DNA of 64,000 nt from Octopus bimaculoides (Eukaryota), in contig NC_068982.1 in NCBI RefSeq assembly GCF_001194135.2, forward strand, positions 46,660,202 to 46,724,201, written 5' to 3'. Within the stretch, counting starts at the first letter, position 1. Every line of letters starts with the position of its first letter. This document shows positions 52,336-64,000 of the stretch, piece after piece. The notes below the pieces were generated by a model that had not been told where the DNA came from, did not search any database, and saw nothing but the letters and a program-made list of their open reading frames with translations. The position numbers and the translations under genes are program-made.

Positions 52336-52561
52336 CTCAATTATTAATGGCTTGAGTTTTTTGTCAAGCATGACATCGATTCCAAGTATTTCAAAGCAGG
52401 CACTTGTTTTGGTGTGATTCTGAAAGCATGTCCGATAGTTATGTCGTAGTACAGCGTGTGCTGATATAATTGTTTTAATGATAACATCGTCGATATCTCG
52501 CCAGAGTTTGTCAACATCATAACCATGGTCCCTCATGTATTTATTCACTGTGCTGATACGT
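52336..52561 (-). CDS. TTLL6: Tubulin polyglutamylase (TTLL6/TTLL13-like), internal exon encoding the catalytic core
   Basis: Encodes [35 protein letters not shown]...[23 protein letters not shown], matching the TTLL6/13 pattern (W.DI.DVIIKT.ISAH, CFEILG.D..LD). Acceptor cctaacAG at 52563-52562, donor GAG|GTACA at 52335. Length 226 nt (1+75 codons), so it ends in phase 0. Confidence 0.95.
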
Positions 52562-53133
52562 CTGTTAGGAATATGTAAAAGTAGAAAAAGAATTTAGCAA
52601 GAAAAATATTTTAAATAAAGAATTTGTTTTTTTGAATTAATTTTCTTTTTTTTTTTTAAATTTGAGGGGGAAATGGCTAATAAGACAGAATGAAAAGACT
52701 ACGAGACAAATAATGAGAAATGGATTTCAGGATGTATAGGATAAAGGGGAAAACCCCCTTTGATCATGAATAATCATGGGATTGTACCTAGAAAGTTCCC
52801 CTCTGAGGCACAAGTCTGGGCAAGGTTGTTTATGGAAGAGCAGCAGTTGCCCATGCATACCAGCTTCCTCTCTCTGCACCACTGATGTTATCCAAGGGAA
52901 AGGCAAAGGCTGATACAACTCAGCATCAGTGACATTTTAACTCATTTCTACAGCTGAGCGGACTGGAGCAATGTGAAATAAAGTGTCTTGCTCAAGAACA
53001 CAACACATAGCCCGATCCGAGAACCACCCAATGTTCAACTGCTGCTATATAGTGCTAGGAAGCTCTTGACAGATCAAATTTACAACAGAGGTTCAATCCA
53101 TGGTTTATTAATTATTCCTTATATACCAGGCAT

Positions 53134-53511
53134 GGAGGCGCAATGGCCCAGTGGTTGGGGCAGCGGACTCGTGGTCGTAGGATTGCGGTTTTGATTCCCA
53201 GACCGGGCGTTGTGAGTGTTTACTGAGCGAAAACACCTAAAGCTCCATGAGGCTCCAGCAGGGGGGTTGTGGCGAATCCTGCTGTACTCTTTTACCACAA
53301 CTTTCTTTCATTCTTTCTTCCTGTTGTACCTGTATTTCAAAGGGCCAGCCTTGTCACACTCTTTGTCACGCTGAATCTCCCTGAGAACTACGATAAGGGT
53401 ACACGTGTCTGTGGAGTGCTCAGCCACTTGCACGTTAATTTCACAAGCAGGCTGTTCCGTTGATCGGATCAACTGGAACCCTCATCGTTGTAACTGACGG
53501 AGTGCCAACAA
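53134..53511 (+). mobile_element. tRNA-headed SINE, family D (GGAGGCGCAATGGCCCAGTGG), full length
   Basis: Clear A and B boxes (TGGCCCAGTGG; GGTTTTGATTCCC). Near-identical inverted copy at 37250-37639, truncated copy at 5751-5930, variants at 50570-50885 and 60705-60940. Confidence 0.85.
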
Positions 53512-55736
53512 CCTTAAATATACCAGGCACAGCTATGGCAGTGTGGTTAAGAAGTTTGCTTCCCAGTCACATGGTTTTGGGTTCAGTCTCACTAGATTGC
53601 ACCTTGGGCAAGTGTTTTCCAATAAAGCCCAGGGCCAACCAAAACCTTGTGAATAGATTTGGTAGATATAAACTGAAGGAAGCTCATCATGTGTATGTGG
53701 GTATGTATGCATGTGTGAGTATATTTATTTTTGTGCCTCTGTTTTTGACATCTACTGTCATAAATGAATGTCATTCATTTCCAATAAAGCATAGAAAAAT
53801 GGACATTTAGCCCTTTAGGAGTCACATTATAATAATGCCTTTTTTTATTCACATTGTTTTCAATTAATCAGGCATTGTATTGTAGCCATGAGATTTTGAT
53901 GAGGGAACATTTTAATTTTTAGAATGATATTGTAGGGTTGATGTGTGAAGCCAGATCTAGCCAGTTTGAATGTAAAACATGGCAGAATATTTTGGTCAGA
54001 TACGGCTGATTTAAATGCTAAAGGGGGAAAATGCTGCTGCAGATGATGACAATGATGATGACACACCATATACTTGTGATTTTCCCTTGTAGTTGATAGT
54101 TAATAATTCCACATGTGAGACTGTGTTGCAGTAGTAGACAATATCCATAGAGATGCCAGCCAACCAATAGGCATGAAATTACTCAGCAACACACACTTTC
54201 TGACTTATGGGTGTGATGTTTCTTCTCTCTGCTTTTTCTTCTATTACTACAACACTGGCTTCCACAAGTGCAAGCCTACAACTCTTGTGCAATCTCAAAG
54301 TTACTTGTGATGATCCTGAAATAGACTTGTGGTTGAATACTAGTAGGTCAAACCAGTAGGTGTGACCTCAAATTTGTGAGAGAGGCCTGTGTGCTGTGAA
54401 GTAGTTGAAAGGAAGGCCCCGAAATAGTGTGTATTCTCTCTTGATGACCCCTGAAACATTCTGGCATTTGGTATGTGGAGTTTTTGACCAACTGCACTTG
54501 AACTGGCAGGCTGTTACCAGGTTTCTAAATATACAAGGAACTAATTTGTGGTCAGTTTTAAAGTTTCAGTTAGTCAGGCCCCCAAACAAAGTGAGGTGGT
54601 GTCAAATAATGTTTACAGTGTCAGAAGTCTTCTATGATTGCATTGAGTTTATGTTTCATTAGAATTTAATTCTGGATCTTTTGTAGATTGCAAGGTAAAG
54701 AGAAAAAAAGAAAATTTCACATTCTCATTGTCTGTGTATCATCTCCAAACTGTTTGAAACAACATTTTTTATTAGGCAACATGCAATGTTTATTCAACCA
54801 ACATATAATTCTGAATTGAAATCTTACATAATTATAATATTTGCATGATTTTAATATGTATTTACCAAACTGAGCCTAGGCAGTGGCGCACATCATGGAA
54901 AGCTCTAGTAAACCATTTTTCTTAAGTGTCTTACAGTATTCAAATACAAATGAAAGCTTGTAAAAGAAATTTCTAAATCATTTTCTTTCTTTTGCAACTG
55001 GGGTAGTCATGTATCTCTTCTACAGCAAGACACCTATTTCTGTCCCTCTAACATATTTTAACTTCTCCTCACCTGGCACAAAGCCACTTCCATCAATCTC
55101 GCTCCCATCCTCAGATGAAGGGGTTTGTCTTGCATGTTACTTGGTGACCTCACTGGTGCTGCTGCCTTGTATGTCTTTAGTTCTGATTTAATGTGGCACC
55201 AATGGCACACTAGGACGCATCAGTTTCACTCAGAAAAGGAGACATTGCATCAACTATATACCCTGCCAACTTCTCTAACTTACTATTAAGTAGTTAGATC
55301 AGGCTTAGGTAACTTTTCCAAGAAGCAGGTCACATAAGATATGGTTCATTATCAAGCAGGCTACATTACTAAAAAACAATTCATGGTAATATTTTCATTG
55401 GGTGTGCCATTCAAAAAATTCTGCAGGTCTCAGTTTGCCTGTGACTGCTTTATATGCTTCTTTTATGCTGGAATGCTAAAAAAATCCTGATACTGAGTGA
55501 GATGGAGAAGGAAGATTAGTAAAAACAATCAGTTGGTTAAATGGTAGAAATCTCATAGAAACAACTCAATTCAATGTTTGATAACAAATCATGAAGTAAA
55601 ATAGAAAAGAAAAAAAATTCATGTGATGGGTCAAAATTTCTAGGAACAATTTCAGCCTCATTTACATAATCAAAAATGTTGCTTATAATATTGTAGTCTC
55701 TCTTGTGATAATTAGCCTGCAATACTTATCTTGTGA

Positions 55737-56079
55737 AGGCATATAGCTCAGTGATTAGAGCATCAGGCTCACAATCAGGAGATAGTGAGCTCGATTCCTG
55801 GACCAGGCTGTGTGTTGTGTTCTTGAGCAAAACACTTTATTTTCATGCTACTCCAGTTCATTCACCTGTAGGAATGAGTTGTGAAGTCACTGGAGCCAAG
55901 CTATATCAGCCTTTGCCTTTCCCTTGGATAACATCGGTGGCATGGAGAGGAGAGGCTAGTATGCATGGGCGAATGCTGGTCTTTCATAAAAACAACCTTG
56001 AGCGAACTTGTTCCTCAGAGGCTAACTTTCTAGGTGCTATCCCATGGTCATTCATGACCAGAGGTGGCCTTTACCCTTT
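55737..56079 (+). mobile_element. tRNA-headed SINE, family C, near full length
   Basis: GGCATATAGCTCAGTGATTAGAGC head, GAGCTCGATTCC B-box, and the same body and tail as the 26855 and 17590 copies. Confidence 0.8.
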
Positions 56080-57495
56080 ACACTTGCCCTTTAATTATCC
56101 TGTGATGAATTATATACTCCTTTTGGTAAATACCATCTGGTGATAACTTATTCCACTCATTTTGCTTCACACCATTTTGTGATAACTTATCCACTCTCAC
56201 CAGGGCTTTCTGTTTTGCAGGAGTAATTAAGATGTACCACTATATCTTTTACTTGTTTCATTCATTGGACTGCAGCCATGCTTGAAGGGTTTAATTGAAC
56301 AAATTGACACCAGAACTTATCTTTTCAAAGTCTGACATATATTCCATGAGGCATTTTTTGATGAGCCGCTAAGTCATGGGGATGCAAACAAACCAATACT
56401 TGAAGTCAAGCACAAACAAAGAGACTCACATGCACACACATACATATATATGACAGGCTTCCACACAGTTTCGGTCAATAAAATTCATTCACAAGGCATT
56501 GGTCTTTCAGGTACAGTGGTATTGAACCCAAAACCACATAGTAGCAAAGTAAGCTTCTTAACCTCACAGCCATGTTTACACCAATACTTCGTAAAATGGT
56601 ATAATTTGTCATCTTCTTTTGATGAAGACAGACAAGAGATCTGAAGATGCCAAATATCTATTGAATGTAAGCATCAATTCCATACACCAGTCTAAGAAAA
56701 TCATTTGATAAAAGCATCAGAGACATTCAAACATCTAAATTTAAAATTCAAATTGCTATTGGAATCAATTCATCACTCAGAACAAGTATTTCTAAATGTG
56801 AGTAATAAATATAGCCAATTATGGCTTGTATTTTCTACGTCCTGAATTTAGCTCTAAATTGGTTGTTTAATCATTTTGTTGACTCTCCTTCTATTGTTAG
56901 TATTTTGATTTATTTCGTTAGATCATGACAATATGGTGAAGTTGTGTCAGTCTCCAAGCAGTGGATGAATGACAAAATCTTGTGATACTATGCAGTATCC
57001 AATACTGTCACAGAAACAAACAAATGTTAGGCTATCACCATATCTTTTATCATTGCTCTCCTACTTGTCACAGTCACTGAGGCACCAACTTGGAGGATTT
57101 AGTTAAACAAATCAATGCTAGTACTGTCTTTTTTTTAAAAAAATGTTGGTACTTATTCTATCAGTCATTTTTACTGAACTGCTAAGTTCTGGGAACATAA
57201 ACAAACTAACACTAGTTGTCAAGTGGTAGTGAGGGACAAACACAAATGCAAAGACACACAAAGACACACACACACACACATATATATATATACATACATA
57301 CGTACATACACACACACACACACACACACATATCAGCTTCTCTTTATCATATTCACTACTCACAAGACATTGGTGGGCCTGAGGTTATAGCAGAAGAAAC
57401 TTGGCCAAAATGCTGGGCTGTAGGACTGAACCTGAAACCACAGATTTTCAATGCAAGCTTCTTAACCACACAGCTATATCTGGACNNNNNNNNNN

Positions 57496-57687
57496 CTTTG
57501 GGTAAAAAAAAATACAGGAGGATCAGTTGATTATGATTTTATTCAACATATTGCCCTCTCAGTTCCACACACTTATTGCAGTGGTCTTTCAGTTTTTCTA
57601 AGCCCTGTAAAAGAACTCAGAATGTTGGGCCTCCAACCACGCCATTAGCAATACCCCATACAGCCAGGAACTTTTCAGCACCCCCTA
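57496..57687 (-). mobile_element. Mariner-derived MITE (same family, left end lost in a gap)
   Basis: Collinear with 38290-38480; right TIR AGCCAGGAACTTTTCAGCACCCCC. Confidence 0.75.
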
Positions 57688-58135
57688 GTAGCTTGACAAC
57701 TGGTGTTGGTTTGTTCATGTCCCTGCAACTTAGTGGTTCAGTGAAAGAGAGCAACACAATAAGTAGCAGACTTAGAAATAAGTACTGAAGTCAATCTGTT
57801 TAAACTAAAACCCACCGAAGTGGTTGGTGCCCCAGCATGGCCACAATCCAGTGACTGGAACTAGGAAACGATAAAAGAATAGTCAGGGAAAGGCACACAA
57901 AACATTATTGGTATTTCAATAATGCTAATAGAATATATTTAACAGAGCCAATGACAGAACATAAGAGCAATATGTGGAACCACCATCCCTAACTTACAAG
58001 TTGTCTTAGCTTACAGCAATTGAAGAGGCTTTGCAAATAAATTTGGGTCACAAAAGTAGGTTTAGAAAATGAATACGCTTCTTCTAGCCTCAGAACATTT
58101 GTAATAGATGGAACAATTTTTTTGTTGCAAATCTG

Positions 58136-58136
<1 letters not shown>

Positions 58137-58233
<97 letters not shown>

Positions 58234-58270
58234 TGTGTGTCTGTGTGTGTGTGTGTCTGTGTGTGTGTGT
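58137..58270. repeat. (GT)n microsatellite
   Basis: About 45 near-perfect GT units, then a degenerate continuation. Confidence 0.95.
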
Positions 58271-59666
58271 ATGTGTTTGTATATCCATGAGAGATATATA
58301 TTAATAAAACACATTTTTATTCTGATTGTATCTGTTTAATTGGCTACTGTTTATTGTTTTCATTAACTCATATTCAGTTATTATTGATATTGATTTATCA
58401 TTTCTCTTTTGATTGATTTGATTTTGTTTTTCTTTTTCTGTCTTGGTTTTTTTTTTGATTTTTTTTTTACTCCAGTTCGGAATGCAATTTACATTTGTTG
58501 TATGTATGTCTATGCAATGGTACACAGTAATGATAAAATTGAACTGCATTGAATTTTAAGTATATTTTGGCACTAAAACCAACTCAGTCGAATCAGACTA
58601 CCTTGTTAACTGAAATCATTTTATGACTTCAGGTGAACCGAGCCCACACAACACAGCATGTTGAGTTAATGCATTGAATATATTGACTAACGGAAAAAAA
58701 AAATTAAACTTAGTGTTATTGATTCAATTAAAGGAAGAATTTCAATGATGCAGCAAATTATATTTTGGTAAATGTGTAACAATGGCATACTAATAATGTA
58801 ACATTTTCCTATAGGAAGACATTCAAATTCAGCAATGGAATGAAGAGAAAGACAAATAAAACTCATTTAGGTCTGAGAAAATTGGTAACAAGAACTCACC
58901 AATTTTCTAGTAATTGTTGCACTTTATTCTAGCAAAATGAAATATATTCCATTTCAAATATAATCATTGTAAAGTTTACACAAATTTTCTCAAAAAAAAA
59001 AAAAAGAAAAAGGGGTCATTTATACATAATGTTTGGCTCAATATTTCAATTTACTGCAGTCAACAAATGTTGAAAAATATAGAAATTAGGTAGAATAAGA
59101 CATTAGCATGAAATAACCTCATTACCATCTCTATTAAAATTGAAACTTTATGACATAATAAATCAGCAATTTCTTTTGTTCATAATACATGGAAAGTTTT
59201 CAAATGCTGCTGCCAGAGTTGTTCTTTGAAATATATCAACATACACCACAAGAATTCATCCATATACACTCTAAAAATCTTTAAATAGGCATGAATAGAG
59301 ACCTTGAGCACATCATTCAAGGGAGACATGAGGGCCTCATTTCATTAAACAGTATCAGTTAGAACAAGCAGGCATGTCTCTCTTCACTTACATGCTACCA
59401 TGTTGTATAAAAAGGAAGGATAATTTAGATAATGTAGTCCTAGATATTCTTAAAAAGACCAAGTGTTAAAGCTGCCTGGAATGGCTTTCATCTGTGGTCA
59501 ACAGGATCAAAGCTGACATAAGGTTAAATAACATCAATAAACAGCATCTGAACAAAAAATCACTAATAACTATAAGAAATGACCTACAGTATTATACCAC
59601 ACATTTGCAAATCTGACCGAGATCAACTTGGCTTTTCATCTTTTTGGGGACGGTACTGGAACTGGC

Positions 59667-60159
59667 GGAATTCTGCTTTCCACACAGCATATAACCCCTC
59701 ATAACATTTTTTTTCATTTTTTGGAATTTTCAGAAAAATTTTGTGAATTTGTTTTCTCCACACAGGAATTCACAAGACTATGAAAATAAAATTTTAAAAA
59801 TTTGTTGAAATTGAAAGAAAATTTTTTTTAAAATCCCAGTTTAAAATATGAACAGTGCAAATTTTTGGCTTAAATCCCAGCAATAGTCCATTAAATGTGT
59901 TTATGGGGAGAAAGATATTGAAAAGCATCAAATACATCAGACTGACAAACAAATGAAGAAGGTATAAGATAGTCATGAGATGTGCTAAAAATAACAGCCA
60001 AATAGCCCTTAAGTCATGCAGCAAAATTCTTTTTTATTTTGGTTTTGCATAATCATATGAACTCCCATGTGTAGAATTCTAATTCGCGAAAATTTTCTGA
60101 AAATATCAAAAAGTAGAAAAGTTACAAGGAGTTATATGCTGCACATAAAGTAGAATTCC
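59667..60159. mobile_element. Unclassified non-autonomous element with long, degenerate terminal inverted repeats
   Basis: The left arm GGAATTCTGCTTT....CAGCATATAAC.CC...TAAC.TTT...TTTTCAGAAAA aligns by eye over more than 100 bp with the reverse complement of about 60040-60159. It splits a family-B SINE. Confidence 0.65.
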
Positions 60160-61224
60160 ATACTGCAACTGATGTAATTGACTAGCCTCCTACCCCAAGA
60201 TTTCAGACCTTGTACCTATATCAGAAAGGGTTTAAGGCAGTGAGCTGGCAGAATCATTAGCATGCCAGACAAAATGCTTAGTGGCATTTCATTTATCTTT
60301 GTTCTGAGTTCAACTTTCACCAATGTCAACTTTACCATTCATCATTTTTTGAGGTTGATAAAATAAATACCAGTTGAACACTGGGGTCAATATATTCAAC
60401 TAGCCCCCTCCTAACAAAATTCAAGCCTTTGTGCTTATAGTAGAAGGAATTATTTTATCACATTCTCACTAAAAAATAGAATTTCTAAGCCTTGTTTTCT
60501 CTAATGACAGTGTAATAGTGATCAGATCAGACATAAATCAAAGTTGCATTACAATGACATAATGTTATTACTGGAAAACTGTTGAGATTGTAACCAATTT
60601 TATGAAACTGAAATAAATGTATTTGTCTTTCTTTTGTATCCAATGCAGAATTTGAAAGACTTCCTACAGAAAACTGTTCAATTGATTCAAGAGTGGAGGT
60701 GCGTGGCTTAGTGGTTAGGGTGCTGGACTCATGACCGTAAGATTATGGTTTCAATTCCTGGACTGGGTGATGTGTTGTATTCTTGAGCAAAACACTTCCT
60801 TTGATGTTGCTCCAGTCCACTCAGTTGACAAAAAATGAGTAATCCTGTGATGGATCAGTGTTCTGTCCAAGTGGAGAATATATATACACAATGAAACCAG
60901 GAAACTGGCCCTTGTGAGTCGGCATGACTCGAGAATATAACTTTACCGTTTATTTTAATTAATTCAAGGATGCCATCAACATAAAAAAAAAGTTAAGTTA
61001 GTATAAACATATTTGATGCTCATAGCATTAAAATGCTAACTAGAAATTATTATTCAGTGAGGAAAATATATTAGCTACTCACTAATATTTTAATTAATTT
61101 GGTAAATATTGGAGATAAATACAATCTTCTTTCAGTCTTATTGTAAACTCATCAGCAAACAATAGATTCTACTGTACGTGATGATGTAGTTAATCATGGG
61201 AGAATCATCATCATCATCATCGTT

Positions 61225-61760
61225 TAACTGGATTTAAGAGGCATCAGATGTTGTTTGCAAGAGAGAAGATTGCATTGGTTTGGTCATGTGATGCATATGG
61301 ATGAGGACAGCTGTGTAAAGATGTGCCGAGCTCTAATTGTGGAGGGAACCTGTGGAAGGGGCAGATCCAGGAAGACGTGGGACAAAGTGATGAGAAAGGA
61401 TCTTCAGATACTGGGCCACACTTAGGAAATGACAAGGGACTGGGAGATGTGGTGATTTACTGTAAGTGAGAAGACGCAGCAAGCCAAGTAAAATTGCTGT
61501 CATCCATACATACAGGCTTGTCCTTTACAAGTGTTGGTGCCATGTAAAATATACTCATGCTACATGAACACACCCATGCTGGTGGCATGTATAAAGCACC
61601 CAGCATACTCTGTAAAGTGGTTGGCAACAGGAAGAGCATCCAGCAATAGAAACCATGCTACAAGAAACAACTGAAGTCTGGCCAGCTCCTGTCAAACCAT
61701 CCAATTCATGCCAGCATGGAAAATGGACATTAAACGATGATGATGAAGATGATGGTGATG
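61225..61760 (+). mobile_element. 3' end of an RTE LINE with its UTR and (GAT)n tail
   Basis: ...LQERRLHWFGHVMHMDEDSCVKMCRALIVEGTCGRGRSRKTW.. followed by the tail found many times in this window. Confidence 0.8.
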
Positions 61761-61766
61761 ATAAAT

Positions 61767-61820
<54 letters not shown>

Positions 61821-62747
61821 TCTTTTTTCTATTATTCTTTTCTTTTACCTGTTTCAATCATTTGACTGCAGTCATGCCGAGCACTGCCTTTAGTCAAAGA
61901 AATTGACTCCAGGAATTATTCTTTGCAAGCCTATTACTTATTCTATTGGTCTCCTTTGCTGAACCACTAAGTTACAAGGACATAAATATGTGTGTGTGTG
62001 TAAAATATATATATAAACACACACACACACACACACAGAGACACATAAATATATATGAACTCAGTCTGACTACCAAATTCCACTCACCTAGTGAACATTT
62101 TATCCACACAGCTATTCCTACACTTGTATTAGCAAGCTTTTTAATGCACCTTGCATTAAATGCATTCAACTAACTTAGCTATTGTTTCATTATTAACTTG
62201 CTATTGTTGCACACATATACTGAAATGTAATTTGCTGCATCATCATCAAAAAAAAATCTTTCTTAAATTGAATCAATAACAATGTATTCTGTCAATAATT
62301 CATTGACAAAAATAACACTTAGTGTGTGTTATTTTAGTCAATGCATTCAGTACATTAACACAACACACTCTGTAGGTAGTCTTCTTTCATTCCCAAACAA
62401 TTTCTGCAGTTTGTTCTGTGTAGAGAGGAGTGGTGGCTCACATTGCCAGGTCACAGGTTTTATCACTCAAGTTCATATTCTGGATTATACCAATCCAGCA
62501 AACACTCACTCACCATTGAAGCAAAGAAGCGAACCTCTGTCTGGTTGTTTGACCGACTAGAAATAGCAATGAAATTTTCAAATCACATTCAGCTGATTTT
62601 TAAAAAAAGATGAGAGGCACTTTGAATAATGTTATTCAAGACATTAATTTACAGAATGTCCATGGCTGGAGTGTCTTCTATAATGAACATTGTCTTTGGT
62701 ATAAACAGTAATGACATCATACTCTATTCACCTTATATAAATATAAC

Positions 62748-63424
62748 TTGCACCATAACACCCTCAAGAGTTTCAGACTCCACTTCTCTGATTTCTCTAT
62801 TGATGTTCTCCTTCAGTTGCCCCAGGGTCTCCAGTTTGTTGACGTAAACCCTCTCTTTCAGGTATCTCCACAAGAAAAAATCTGGGCTAGTCAAGTCTGG
62901 GGAACATGAAGTCCAGTTGACATTGCCGTAGTGGGAGATTATTCTCTCTCCGAAGCACTGCCATAGCAACTGCATTGTTTTTCTTGCAGTATGAGTAATC
63001 GCCCCATCTTGTTGGAACCATGTGGGAAATCTACTTTGAATGGCCTTCATGTTCCCCAGACTTGACTAGCTCAGATTTTTTCTTGTGGGGATACCTGAAA
63101 GAAAGGGTTTATATCAACAAACTGGAGACCCTGATGCAACTGAACGAGGACATCAATAGAGAAATCACAGAAGTGGGGTCTGAAACTCTTGAGAGTGTTA
63201 TGGAGCAAATTTTGGAAAGAGCACAGGTGCATGAAGCCGAAAATGTCTGCCATTTAAACAATGTCATTTTTCATATGTAATGTAGTGGTGTTGCATAATT
63301 TGACTTGTGCATATTAATTTCCATTATATCCTTCATATTGTATCAAAATTTCATGCATTTAATTGTAAAATTAAGGAAGTTATTATAAACTGAAACCCAT
63401 CAGTGACTTTTGGGACACCCTATA
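62748..63424. mobile_element. Tc1/mariner transposase 3' end duplicated in inverted (fold-back) orientation
   Basis: The minus strand has WFQQDGAITHTA...SPDLTSPDFFLWRYLKERVY and the plus strand has WPSCSPDLTSSDFFLWGYLKERVY. The 168-bp inverted arms are at 62748-62915 and 63041-63208. A TIR-like end TTTTGGGACACCCTA+TA lies at about 63408-63424. Confidence 0.85.
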
Positions 63425-64000
63425 CAATCCCTATTGTGCCATTATCATCATCGTCATCATCCTTTAATGTCCACCAGCCCATCCACCACCTTAGGACAAT
63501 TGTTTTCAAATTTTGGCACAAGGCCAGCAATTTTCGGATGGTGGTAAATTGATTACATTGACCTAGTGCATAACTTATATTATCAACCCTAAAAGAATAA
63601 AAGGCAAAGTCGACCTCAGTAGAATTTGAACTCAGAATGTGCAGATGGATGAAATGCCACTAAGCATTTTGCCCAATGTGCTAACGATTCTGCTAGCATG
63701 TTGCCTGAAAGGACAAATAATAATAATAATAATAATAATGTTGTTGTATTTGGGGATGGTCATATTGCCAGTTTAGCCAATATATAAACGAAATAATAAT
63801 AATCCTTTGAACTAAAGGTACAAGGCCTTAAATTTGGTGGGAGGGGACTAGTTGATTACATTGACTCCAGTATCTCACTGGTACTTAATTTATCAACCCC
63901 AAAAGGATGAAAGACAAAGTTGATCCCAGTAGAATTTGAACTTAGAATATAAAGACATACGAAATGTCGCTAAGCATTTCACTCAGCATGCTAACAATTC

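Noticed and set aside
53134-53210. tRNA-like heads as functional tRNA genes
   Set aside because: Each continues into a shared SINE body, and the acceptor stem and 3' end of a tRNA are missing.
58900-58928. 29-nt AG...GTGAGT-bounded segment as the upstream TTLL exon
   Set aside because: It does not encode the expected MHLTNY..NK...GSK block. I found no such exon in 52562-64000, so it probably lies beyond the window.

Overview
AT-rich, repeat-dense eukaryotic DNA with 7 assembly gaps. The SINE/RTE repertoire and microsatellite load point to an octopus genome (inference). There is one clear host gene: the 3' half of a TTLL6/TTLL13-type tubulin polyglutamylase on the minus strand. Five exons are firm (52561-52336, 37979-37798, 30798-30613, 19241-19061, 15345-15124), joined by GT-AG introns whose phases match. 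One further exon is probable and one is tentative. Almost everything else is transposon-derived: at least four tRNA-headed SINE families, RTE and CR1-like LINE pieces, and REL-endonuclease (R4/Dong-like) LINEs sitting in (TAA)n tracts. There are also Tc1/mariner and piggyBac-type MITEs, a Helitron helicase scrap and Penelope-like remnants. The most unusual signals are: a type I hammerhead ribozyme with a palindromic stem III and an 87-nt stem II loop (4722-4857, minus); a nearby 26-bp-period array of STAT/GAS palindromes (5251-5410); a 5S rRNA copy abutting a tRNA-SINE head (26726-27125); and a fold-back duplicated Tc1/mariner transposase end (62748-63424). Most ORFs in the track are microsatellite, gap or repeat artefacts. 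No CRISPR array is present. Repeat boundaries are approximate and all family assignments come from recognition by eye, not database searches.
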